33,372 bases of DNA from Nitrospinota bacterium (lineage in GTDB: Bacteria > UBA8248), in the NCBI GenBank assembly GCA_036231405.1, contig JAZAHK010000017.1, positions 1 to 33,372 of the forward strand. Direction: 5' to 3'. Shown here piece after piece: positions 9,602-17,736 of this stretch. The notes under the pieces are model-generated. The model saw only the letters and a program-made list of their open reading frames with translations. It ran no database searches and was not told the DNA's origin. How positions within the stretch are numbered: the first letter of the stretch is position 1; every line of letters begins with the position of its first letter. The position numbers were made by a program, and so were the translations under genes.

Positions 9602-9952
9602 TTGAGTAAAGACAGAATAAGTGCGGTTACTTTAGAGACAAAAAATATCAATAACATAGTTCATTTTTATACGCGTATGGACTTTATTCTAAAACATAGA
9701 AAGGGAGATAATTTCGTAAGTTTTTCCTTTGGCGATTGTTTTTTAAATTTTGTGAAGAATAAAGATCTCACTCATCCTAGTTTACATGGCAGAATTATTT
9801 TTTTTGTCGAAGATGTAGACAAATTCTATGAAAAGATTCTTGCTGCTGGTGTAAAGCCTGACATGCCTCCTTCTGATGCGAGATGGGGGGAGAGATATTT
9901 TCATGTAACTGATCCGGATGGTAACGAGATCAGTTTCGCAAAACCTTTGTAA
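9602..9952 (+). CDS. VOC / glyoxalase / bleomycin-resistance family protein
   Basis: IIFFVEDVDKFY and WGERYFHVTDPDGNEISF. Confidence 0.88.
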   Translation: MSKDRISAVTLETKNINNIVHFYTRMDFILKHRKGDNFVSFSFGDCFLNFVKNKDLTHPSLHGRIIFFVEDVDKFYEKILAAGVKPDMPPSDARWGERYFHVTDPDGNEISFAKPL

Positions 9953-9953
9953 A

Positions 9954-9984
9954 GATTTTCCTGAAATTATTAAATAGGAAAATC
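9954..9984. promoter_or_regulatory. 9-bp inverted repeat (terminator hairpin or operator)
   Basis: GATTTTCCT (9954-9962), 13-nt spacer, AGGAAAATC (9976-9984). Lies just after the VOC stop and upstream of the bicupin gene. Confidence 0.4.
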
Positions 9985-10042
9985 AGACTATTTTATATAA
10001 AATGGCGGTTCATTTAATTTTTACACTCAAGAGGAGTTTGCG

Positions 10043-10774
10043 ATGCAATATTTTTACCGCACAAAAGACATGTCAAATGAAATGGCTGGCGAAGCTTACA
10101 GTTCAGCCAATGGATCTTGGGTCACTGGGGAAAGGTTGATTTTTGGTGAAATCACGATGCCCGCTGGTACAAAATCCAATTCACATAGCCATCCTAATGA
10201 ACAGTTTGTGATTGTGATTAAAGGTTCTAGTCGTTCTAAAATTGAAGGCCAGTCTAAAGATTTAAAAGCAGGAGATATTTCGTTGAAACCTCCAAATTCA
10301 ATTCATTCCGGTCAAGTTTTAGGAGATGAAGATTTGATTTTCGTGACTGCGAAAGATACTGCTTGGGGAATACAGGGAACGCCTTCTGATGTTGAGAAAA
10401 GTGAAGAAGGGAAGATGGAAAAAGATTTTCAGTACTTTTATAACATTGATGAAATGAAGGATGAACTCGCTGGTCCTAGTTATAGTTCTTCAAATGGATC
10501 CTGGATAACTGGAGAAAGAGTGATCTTTGGACAATTTTGTATGCCAATAGGAACCAAAGCAGAAGCACATTCGCATCCTAATGAACAATTTGTGATTTGC
10601 ATGCAAGGATCAGCAAAGATGGAAATTGAAGGAAATGTTCATACAATGCTTCCTGGGGATATAGCACATATTCCTCCAAATGCGGTGCATTCAGGGGAGA
10701 TTGTTGGTGATGAAGATTATGTTTTTATTACGGCGAAAGATACATCGTATGGTATTGAAGGCACAAAGGTATGA
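10043..10774 (+). CDS. Bicupin (two tandem cupin domains)
   Basis: Two colinear ~114-aa repeats, each with HSHPNEQ and PPNxxHSG (3His-1Glu metal site). GAGGAG RBS. Confidence 0.88.
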   Translation: MQYFYRTKDMSNEMAGEAYSSANGSWVTGERLIFGEITMPAGTKSNSHSHPNEQFVIVIKGSSRSKIEGQSKDLKAGDISLKPPNSIHSGQVLGDEDLIFVTAKDTAWGIQGTPSDVEKSEEGKMEKDFQYFYNIDEMKDELAGPSYSSSNGSWITGERVIFGQFCMPIGTKAEAHSHPNEQFVICMQGSAKMEIEGNVHTMLPGDIAHIPPNAVHSGEIVGDEDYVFITAKDTSYGIEGTKV

Positions 10775-10857
10775 AAATGCACTGCCTTTATTTGTGTGTA
10801 AATATAAAATTATAAAAATTTAAATTTGAATTGAAAATTGTATAGGGGAGGGAGGCC

Positions 10858-11466
10858 ATGAGTCATCCTGATTTACAATTAGTGAATTTGATTAAGCCAG
10901 GAGAAGGGGACGAGGAAGTAGAGAAAATTTATGAGGAAATATGCAAGATTAAAGATCCTCGATGGTTGGGCCCATTGTTTGGTTTCTTTGCAAATGTTCC
11001 TGGACTTTTAAAGGCATGGTGGGAATTACAGAAGCAGTTAGAAGTACTAAAAGGGCATGTCTCTCGTGATTTATTGAATCGTGTTGCAATGGTGTGTGCA
11101 GTAGCATCAGATTGTCCTCGATGTGTGAATTTTCATAAAACAGACTTGATACATCGTATGGAGATGGATCCTCAGGAAGTTGAGAAACTCCATGATTTTG
11201 AACAATCGGATCTTCCTGAATCTGATAAAACGGTATTCAGGGTTGCCCAAAAATTAGCTCTAAATCAACAAATCACAGATGAAGAATTTATAGAATTGCG
11301 GAAGGAAGGTTATGATGATGCATCTATTGTAGAAATAGTTTCTGTAGCTATTTTAGAATCTGGATTTGCTCGTCATGCGAGTGTTTTTGCTCGTTTCGAA
11401 GATGGGATGAATTGGCCTGCGATGCATACTCCATCTGCAGAATATCGTAGTGTTATAGATCGTTAA
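10858..11466 (+). CDS. AhpD/carboxymuconolactone decarboxylase family protein with CxxC (peroxidase-related)
   Basis: VAMVCAVASDCPRCVNFH motif and ITDEEFIELRKEGYDDASIVEIV C-terminus. GGAGG RBS. Confidence 0.8.
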   Translation: MSHPDLQLVNLIKPGEGDEEVEKIYEEICKIKDPRWLGPLFGFFANVPGLLKAWWELQKQLEVLKGHVSRDLLNRVAMVCAVASDCPRCVNFHKTDLIHRMEMDPQEVEKLHDFEQSDLPESDKTVFRVAQKLALNQQITDEEFIELRKEGYDDASIVEIVSVAILESGFARHASVFARFEDGMNWPAMHTPSAEYRSVIDR

Positions 11467-11478
11467 AAGGAGCTTAAT

Positions 11479-12444
11479 TTGTTGCGTCTTACGGGTGCAT
11501 TTGGCCCTTATGATCGTACTGAAGCACTTCGTAATGGTTCTGTGCAACCTGAGGGAATCGATCTTAATTGTTTAACCCTATATCCTCCAGATATTTTTTA
11601 TAGAATGTGTCGGTATCAAGAATTTGACGTTTCGGAGATGTCCTTGGGGTCACATTGTTATTTCGTTGCAGAAGGAAATAGTCCATTCGTTGGAATGCCT
11701 TCATTTCTTAGTAGAGTCTTTCGCCATTCAATGGTCTATGTAAATAACGAGTCTCCAATTGAAAAGCCTGAAGATTTAAGTGGCAAATCTATTGCTATTC
11801 GTGAATGGGGACAAACCGCATTCGTTTGGATAATTGGATTGCTGGCGGAAGAATACGGACTTGATATCCTTTCAGTAAATTGGATTCAGGAAAGTGATCC
11901 TCGAGTTCCATTACAGTATCCAAAAGGGATGCGAATTCGAACTATGACAAAAGGAGAAAATCTTTCGAATTTGCTTGAATCCGGAAAGGTTGATGCTGCG
12001 TTGATTCACCAGGTTCCTGAGTGTTATAGAGAAGGTTCAACTCAAGTGAGGAGATTGTTTGAAGATTTCAAGAAGTACGAAATTGATTACTATCGCCGAA
12101 CCGGAGTGTCTCCTATAATGCACTGTGCTGTAATTCGAAATGAAATTCATGAGAGAGAGCCATGGGCAATACGTAGCCTTTATCACGCTTTATGTGATGC
12201 TAAGTCCTTGGCAATTGAAAACATACAAGATTACGGTGCTCTTTCGGCAAGTGTGCCTTTATTGCCTGCTGTGATGGAGGAAACTATATCTATTTTCGGT
12301 GAGGATTTTTGGCCTTACGGAATGAAGGCTAATCGAAATACATTAGAAAAACTTGTCCTTTACGCATATCAACAAAAGGTTACCTCTCGGCAGTTAGAGA
12401 TAGAGGAGCTATTTGAGGAGAGTGTGTATGAAGATAATTTTTAA
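11479..12444 (+). CDS. 4,5-dihydroxyphthalate decarboxylase-like protein (periplasmic-binding-protein II fold, no signal peptide)
   Basis: YDRTEAL, FDVSEMSL, FLSRVFRHS, PIMHC, DFWPYGMKANRNTLE. TTG start with AGGAG RBS. Confidence 0.8.
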   Translation: MLRLTGAFGPYDRTEALRNGSVQPEGIDLNCLTLYPPDIFYRMCRYQEFDVSEMSLGSHCYFVAEGNSPFVGMPSFLSRVFRHSMVYVNNESPIEKPEDLSGKSIAIREWGQTAFVWIIGLLAEEYGLDILSVNWIQESDPRVPLQYPKGMRIRTMTKGENLSNLLESGKVDAALIHQVPECYREGSTQVRRLFEDFKKYEIDYYRRTGVSPIMHCAVIRNEIHEREPWAIRSLYHALCDAKSLAIENIQDYGALSASVPLLPAVMEETISIFGEDFWPYGMKANRNTLEKLVLYAYQQKVTSRQLEIEELFEESVYEDNF

Positions 12445-12466
12445 CGTAATTTAAAAGGGGAGACGT

Positions 12467-13150
12467 ATGGCAATGCTAAAGGCACGCCCTCAGGAAGTTG
12501 AAATTGACTTGGCTAGAACAGTTCTTATGGTTGTGGATATGCAAAATGCTTACGCGACGAAGGGGGGAATGCTTGATTTGGGAATTGGAATAGATGAGTC
12601 ACGCACAAACTCTGTGATTGAAGCTAACAGACGCCTTCTTCCTGCTGCCCGAAATGCTGGGGTAAAGGTTTGTTATCTCCAGTTTGGATATAAACAAGAT
12701 CTTAGTGATGCTGGTGGACCGCAATCACCTAATATTCGGAAACAAATGGCTATTAAAATGATTAAGGAACGCCCAATGGATAGGGATAAATTAATTATTG
12801 AAGGTACTTGGGGTTGGGAAATAATAGATGAATTAAAACCCGAGGAAGGTGATTTGGTTGTGAAGAAGGCTCGCTATAGTGGATTTGCTGGAACTACCTT
12901 AGCGAATCAATTAAATGGCCTTGATATCCGGCATATAATGTTTACAGGCGTGGCTACAAACGTATGCGTTGAAAGTACCGCTAGGGAAGCTTATTTTAAT
13001 GAATTTTGGCCTATCCTAATTGAGGATGCGATGGATCACACTGGTCCAGATTTCACAAGACAAGCTACTCTTTATAATTTTGAGTCTAAATTTGGATGGG
13101 TTTCGCGAACGGAGAACGTTCAGGAGATGTTAGAGCGAAATCAAACTTAA
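12467..13150 (+). CDS. rutB: Isochorismatase-family cysteine hydrolase, RutB (ureidoacrylate amidohydrolase)-like
   Basis: VVDMQNAYATKGGMLD, KARYSGF, GVATNVCVEST give the Asp-Lys-Cys triad. C-terminal ATLYNFESKFGWV is RutB-like. The rest of the rut operon is not here, so substrate is uncertain. Confidence 0.7.
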   Translation: MAMLKARPQEVEIDLARTVLMVVDMQNAYATKGGMLDLGIGIDESRTNSVIEANRRLLPAARNAGVKVCYLQFGYKQDLSDAGGPQSPNIRKQMAIKMIKERPMDRDKLIIEGTWGWEIIDELKPEEGDLVVKKARYSGFAGTTLANQLNGLDIRHIMFTGVATNVCVESTAREAYFNEFWPILIEDAMDHTGPDFTRQATLYNFESKFGWVSRTENVQEMLERNQT

Positions 13151-13195
13151 AAAATCTTTTTCTTGAACAGCAGAATAATTTATAAGGCGGTTTTT

Positions 13196-14083
13196 ATGGT
13201 TGAGATTGAATTCAAAGGAGTGTTTCCATATTTAGTTTCCCCAATTGATAAGAGGGGTAATGTAAAGGAAGAGGTACTATCTAATCTCGTGAATCACTTA
13301 ATAGAAAAAGGGGTTCATGGTCTTACTCCCTTAGGTAGTACAGGAGAGTTCGCATATTTGACTTGGGAACAACGTCGCAGAATTGTAGAGGTCACTATTG
13401 AGGCTGCGTCAGGTCGTGTCCCAGTTGTAGCGGGTGTGGCAGCTACAGCTACTGCAGAGGCAGTCCGCCAAGCGGCTGAGTTTGAAAACATTGGAGTTGA
13501 CGGAATTCTTGCGATTCTGGAAATTTATTTTCCAGTTTCATCTGCTGGAGTAGAGTCATATTTCACTCAAATTGCTCACGAGGTAGATTTGCCCGTAGTT
13601 CTTTATGCAAATCCGAATTTCCAACAGGGAGGACTTACACATGAAATTGTTGTTCGTCTCGCAGAGGTTCCAAACATACGTTATTTTAAGGATGCGTCCG
13701 TAAATACTGGAGCCCTCCTTGGTCTGATGAACCGTATGGGAGATCGTCTGGGTATTTTTAGTGCATCTGCACATATCCCCTTGTGTGTTATGATGATTGG
13801 AGGTCTTGGCTGGATGGCAGGCCCAGCATGTCTCGTTCCATCTCAAAGTGTTCAATTATATGAATTGGTTATTGCCGGTCGCTGGGATGAAGCAATCAGC
13901 CATCAAAAAGCGCTTTGGAGAATCAATGAAGTTTTTGCTAATTTTAACTTGGCTGCGTGTATTAAGGCAGGCTTAATTTTACAGGGATTTGATGTAGGTG
14001 ATCCGTTTTCTCCTCAGGCCCCTCTTTTGCCGAAGCAAATAGAGGAAATTAAAAAAGTCCTCAATAATTTAGGAGTTCTCTGA
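13196..14083 (+). CDS. Dihydrodipicolinate synthase/N-acetylneuraminate lyase family aldolase (not canonical DapA)
   Basis: GSTGEF, VVLYANP (Tyr) and YFKDAS (Schiff-base Lys). Start moved to ATG 13196 (AAGGCGG upstream). Confidence 0.85.
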   Translation: MVEIEFKGVFPYLVSPIDKRGNVKEEVLSNLVNHLIEKGVHGLTPLGSTGEFAYLTWEQRRRIVEVTIEAASGRVPVVAGVAATATAEAVRQAAEFENIGVDGILAILEIYFPVSSAGVESYFTQIAHEVDLPVVLYANPNFQQGGLTHEIVVRLAEVPNIRYFKDASVNTGALLGLMNRMGDRLGIFSASAHIPLCVMMIGGLGWMAGPACLVPSQSVQLYELVIAGRWDEAISHQKALWRINEVFANFNLAACIKAGLILQGFDVGDPFSPQAPLLPKQIEEIKKVLNNLGVL

Positions 14084-14180
14084 AAAAATTAATTCTAATG
14101 TTAGTGTTAAAGTAATTGCTGTGAAATATATCTTAAACGATTTTTGGGGTTGCTGATGTCTCGAAATATAGGAGGAGAAA

Positions 14181-14780
14181 GTGTTTTTTTGGAATAAAAT
14201 TGGTTTTTTAGTTTTTTTTGCAAGTGTATTTTTTGCGAATATAGCGCTTGCTGCTTCTTGGAAAATTGATCCCAGTCATACAAGCGTGTCCTTCAAAATC
14301 CGTCATCTAGGAGTTTCATGGGTGAGAGGAGAGTTTCGTTCATTTGAGGGGCGAATTGAGTATGATCCTCAGGATATAAGTAAGACAAAAGTTTCTGTAA
14401 CTATTGATACTATATCTATAGACACGAGGAATGAAAGAAGGGATGCGCATCTCCGTAGTCCGGATTTTTTCGATGTTGACACTCATCCTGAGATTAAATT
14501 TTCCTCTACAAAAATTTTAAATATACAACAAGACGGTTTCGATGTTTTAGGGAATTTAAAGATAAGAGGAATAACAAAAAAAATTAAGATTAAAGTTTCT
14601 GACATTAGTGCGGTGTTAAAACGAAGAGGTAGACCAAGTAAGATGGGTGCTAGTGGCAAAACAAAGTTTAACAGAAAAGATTTTAATGTGTCATGGAATC
14701 GATTCTTAGATAACGGAGGTTTAGTTCTTAGTGAAACTGTCTTTGTCAATTTAGAAGTAGAACTAAATAAAATGGACTGA
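14181..14780 (+). CDS. yceI: YceI family polyisoprenoid-binding periplasmic protein
   Basis: Signal peptide ending in ALA, WKIDPSHTSVSFKIRHLGVSWVRGEF, RDAHLRSPDFFD. GGAGG RBS with GTG start. Confidence 0.92.
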   Translation: MFFWNKIGFLVFFASVFFANIALAASWKIDPSHTSVSFKIRHLGVSWVRGEFRSFEGRIEYDPQDISKTKVSVTIDTISIDTRNERRDAHLRSPDFFDVDTHPEIKFSSTKILNIQQDGFDVLGNLKIRGITKKIKIKVSDISAVLKRRGRPSKMGASGKTKFNRKDFNVSWNRFLDNGGLVLSETVFVNLEVELNKMD

Positions 14781-14832
14781 TCAACACGAGAATATAATTT
14801 ATCCAACTTTATTTACAACTGGAGGTTATAAT

Positions 14833-15291
14833 ATGTCAGATAGACCAGTGGAAATGGACGATTTTTTAGGTGATCCTGGACGTATGGTTAGAGTTTCGAC
14901 TACGAATGCTGATGGCACGCCGCATATTGTTCCCCTCTGTTTTAAATTTCATCGGGATAATGGGACGTTCTTTTTAAGTACTGGTTCAGATTCTGTTACC
15001 GTTAAGAATTTAAAGAGGAATCCTTATATTGCCCTTTGTATTGATGATGATGAATTTCCATTCAGGGCGGTCGTAGTAGAAGGATTAGCAGAGGTTTCTG
15101 AGGAGATGGGTACGGACCATGAAGGCTTGAAGACCGTAGTGGATCAGTTTTTCGGAGAAGGTATGTGGGAGAAGTACAAAGATGCTCCGACAGCACAAAA
15201 AATTAGGGTTCGTGTTAATGTAGATCCCAGCAAATGGAAGTGGTGGGATTTTCGAAGAAAGATTATGGGCTCTCAGAAAATAGGTTTATGA
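14833..15291 (+). CDS. Pyridoxamine 5'-phosphate oxidase-like split-barrel protein (FDOR/PPOX class)
   Basis: STTNADGTPHIVP, NLKRNPYIALCIDD, AVVVEGLAE. Confidence 0.8.
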   Translation: MSDRPVEMDDFLGDPGRMVRVSTTNADGTPHIVPLCFKFHRDNGTFFLSTGSDSVTVKNLKRNPYIALCIDDDEFPFRAVVVEGLAEVSEEMGTDHEGLKTVVDQFFGEGMWEKYKDAPTAQKIRVRVNVDPSKWKWWDFRRKIMGSQKIGL

Positions 15292-15663
15292 TTTAATTTT
15301 TCTCTCTTTAAATACATTCAATGTTGCATTCGTAGAGGCGACTGTGTTTGGAACTCCTGCGTAAAACGCGCATACCATTAATAGTTCTTGAATTTCTTCT
15401 TTAGTCATTCCAACATTGAGTGCGGCATGGATATGAATCCCGAATTCTCTTTCTTTCCCAAGTGCGCATAAAATAGCGAGAATGATCATTTCTCTTGTTT
15501 TGTCATCTATTCCTGTTCGTTCATACAAATCACCAAAGATGTTTTCAGTGATGAATTTTGCGAAGTCAGGATTAACTTCTTCAAATTCCTTGCGTCTTTC
15601 TTCACCTCCACTTCCAAAAACTTTATTACGATTTTTAAGACCTTTTTCATATTTGTTTTCCAT
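15286..15663 (-). CDS. Carboxymuconolactone decarboxylase (PcaC-like) family protein, no CxxC
   Basis: FGDLYERTGIDDKTREMI, HIHAALNVGMTKEEI, YAGVP. Start moved to ATG 15663 (AGGAG RBS). Confidence 0.85.
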   Translation of the reverse strand: MENKYEKGLKNRNKVFGSGGEERRKEFEEVNPDFAKFITENIFGDLYERTGIDDKTREMIILAILCALGKEREFGIHIHAALNVGMTKEEIQELLMVCAFYAGVPNTVASTNATLNVFKERKIKS

Positions 15664-15727
15664 CCAAATCTCCTTTTTCATGAGTTATCCAAAGAGGATA
15701 AAATTTTTTATTAAGTAGTAGCGATTT

Positions 15728-16567
15728 CTAGGAAATCATGAAATCTAATTCTTCGATCAAGTATTTTTTGAAAACTGGATAATTTTCTGTGGTAGGGAAG
15801 TGTCCCATATCTTCCATTACTATAAAGCGAACCCCTTCAATAACTTCTGCTACTTTCTTTGTCATTTCAGGAGTAGCAGAGTAATCATATTCTCCGGTAA
15901 GAAGTGAAACTTTACATTTTTTCGTGTCAATTTTCTTGATGCACTCTCTTCCATCCCAATCGTTGCAGTAGAAGTGGATATCTCCTTTGTAAATTCCAGG
16001 CCCTCCTTGACTGTAATACCACCAATTTTCTCTTCGTCCACTCTCTATGCTATTTGGACCGTTAAGACCGTATGTATAACAAGCGGCAAGTTCACTCCCA
16101 TGAATCGCAGGGTGATGTAGGAAGGAATTGTCCCTTCCTTCTGCGAACGCTGCACTTTCCAAGCCAATTACGCCCGTTAATTCATCCTGATAGTCTGATG
16201 CAAGCTTTAGTACTATAGCCCCGCCCATTGACATTCCCATAATGATTGGGGCATCTAACTGTAAGGTATTCCAGACATTGCGGATTATAGAACTATAGAA
16301 GTCAGTTGTTAGTTTGTATTTTTTTAACCACCATTTCTCAGGGGGATTTGATTTTCCATGAAATGGCATATCGAAAGCTATCACTTTAAATCTATCCGTT
16401 ATCTCAGAATCGTTCATAAGGTGTCGATATTGTCTGCTATCTGCTCCTGCTGTATGGAGGCAGAGAAGAGGAATCCCTTCTCCAGACTCTTCTATAAAAA
16501 TCCTATAAGTTTCCTCATCATTTTCAATATTTACATATCTTGCATGTATGGGTTCAAAATTTGACAT
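15728..16567 (-). CDS. Alpha/beta-fold hydrolase (LHTAG subgroup)
   Basis: LCLHTAGADSRQY, FDMPFHGKS, GMSMGG nucleophile, GEYD acid and MGHF His. Confidence 0.9.
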   Translation of the reverse strand: MSNFEPIHARYVNIENDEETYRIFIEESGEGIPLLCLHTAGADSRQYRHLMNDSEITDRFKVIAFDMPFHGKSNPPEKWWLKKYKLTTDFYSSIIRNVWNTLQLDAPIIMGMSMGGAIVLKLASDYQDELTGVIGLESAAFAEGRDNSFLHHPAIHGSELAACYTYGLNGPNSIESGRRENWWYYSQGGPGIYKGDIHFYCNDWDGRECIKKIDTKKCKVSLLTGEYDYSATPEMTKKVAEVIEGVRFIVMEDMGHFPTTENYPVFKKYLIEELDFMIS

Positions 16568-16579
16568 AAAAATCCTCAG

Positions 16580-16957
16580 TTATTTCATGAGATTCATGAA
16601 ACGATGCAAAGCACGCGCATTCTGCATCGCTATCATGGAGTCCCCATCCATTACAAATTCAGGAACACGCATAAGCATGGCAAAGAAGTCATGATAGAAC
16701 GGTTCAGGTTCCGAGCTTATGAATTTTTTCCAAACTACTAGGGGAGCTCTTAAGCCAAAGGAACTCCTTGCATCGAAATTGGGTTCTCTTTCAATGCTTT
16801 GTATTTTCCCTTCTTTTATGGTGAATAAGAAACGTTCAATTTCCGTTGCTATTGTAAATCTTATGGAAAAAAACTCGCCAATGATATTCATTTCCAGATC
16901 TGAATTCACTTTTTTTGTAAATTCGTCCAACCATTTATTTTCAGGAAAGTTTGTCAA
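16580..16957 (-). CDS. Small SCP2-like (sterol-carrier-fold) hypothetical protein
   Basis: 125 aa with pattern VNSD..FTIKEGKI..WKKFI..YHDFFAM..MDGD. Lies 12 nt upstream of the alpha/beta hydrolase. Confidence 0.55.
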   Translation of the reverse strand: MTNFPENKWLDEFTKKVNSDLEMNIIGEFFSIRFTIATEIERFLFTIKEGKIQSIEREPNFDARSSFGLRAPLVVWKKFISSEPEPFYHDFFAMLMRVPEFVMDGDSMIAMQNARALHRFMNLMK

Positions 16958-17076
16958 ATTAGCGCATCCTATTCTCTAAATTAAAAGTACTATTGAATTC
17001 AAATATATCTTATGTTTCTCATGAAACAAACATTTTTTAGGTTTTATAGGCATTTAAATTTAATGTGATTGTTTTG

Positions 17077-17096
17077 AATTTTCACATGTGAAAATT
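17077..17096. promoter_or_regulatory. Perfect 20-bp palindrome, candidate transcription-factor operator
   Basis: AATTTTCACATGTGAAAATT is its own reverse complement. It lies in the divergent intergenic region 16958-17163. Confidence 0.6.
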
Positions 17097-17105
17097 ATCT
17101 ATCCT

Positions 17106-17114
17106 TGCTATAAT
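17106..17114 (+). promoter_or_regulatory. Extended -10 sigma70 promoter element
   Basis: TGcTATAAT consensus match about 50 nt upstream of the ATG at 17164, which has a GGAGG RBS. Confidence 0.55.
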
Positions 17115-17163
17115 AGATTTTGAAGTTTCAAAACACTTTAAAATACAAAATGGAGGGAGGTCT

Positions 17164-17688
17164 ATGACTGATTTTACTATTGCTAATTTTAAAAATGTTG
17201 CAGAAGGATTGCAGGAAGGTCAGTTCTCGGTGGGAGACAGAAAAAAAAGTTCGAGTCTTTCAGATCTGGATCCCATTTATCGTGAACTTCTAGATAAACC
17301 AATTACGGTAATTTTAGGAATAACTGGCCCTGATGGAAGGCCTAATTTAACGCCTATGTGGTTCGACTATGAAGATGACAAAATTCTTGTCAATACTGCA
17401 GCTCATCGGCCAAAATGCAGCTGGATTAGAAAGAATCCAAAATTGACACTCCTGTTGGTTAATCCTGAAAATCCTTATCATTGGATGAGCATTAAATGCA
17501 CAGTTGTAAATGAAATAGTGGAAGGGGAACCAGGTGGAGAGAGAGCGACTGAGCAAGTGGATAAGATATGGGTTAAATATACTGGGAATGAACCACCGTA
17601 TGCATTGAGGGATCCCGTTATAGAAGAGAAAAGAGTCTTGTTTGAGTGTGAGATTGATCGTATTGCTACATTTGGAAAACCATCTTAA
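17164..17688 (+). CDS. PPOX-class (possibly F420-dependent) split-barrel oxidoreductase
   Basis: GPDGRPNLTPMWFD, VNTAAHRPK, RKNPKLTLLLVNPENPYHW. Confidence 0.8.
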   Translation: MTDFTIANFKNVAEGLQEGQFSVGDRKKSSSLSDLDPIYRELLDKPITVILGITGPDGRPNLTPMWFDYEDDKILVNTAAHRPKCSWIRKNPKLTLLLVNPENPYHWMSIKCTVVNEIVEGEPGGERATEQVDKIWVKYTGNEPPYALRDPVIEEKRVLFECEIDRIATFGKPS

Positions 17689-17736
17689 TCGTTCGAGTCT
17701 TAAGTAAAAAAATGTTTTATTAAGGACTGTTTTATA

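Noticed and set aside
1126-10774. Cupins as DMSP lyases (DddW/K/Q)
   Set aside because: Only generic cupin motifs are visible, and there is no DMSP or acrylate gene context.
12467-13150. A complete Rut pyrimidine-degradation pathway
   Set aside because: Only a RutB-like gene is present. There is no rutA monooxygenase, rutC, rutF or rutR in the window.
13196-14083. Calling this gene dapA (lysine biosynthesis)
   Set aside because: It has LYANPNFQ instead of YNVPxRT, so it lacks the DHDPS Arg. There is no dapB nearby and the context is catabolic.
14833-17688. Calling either PPOX gene pdxH
   Set aside because: Both are short and lack the PdxH RxVLLK and EFWQG..RLHDR motifs.
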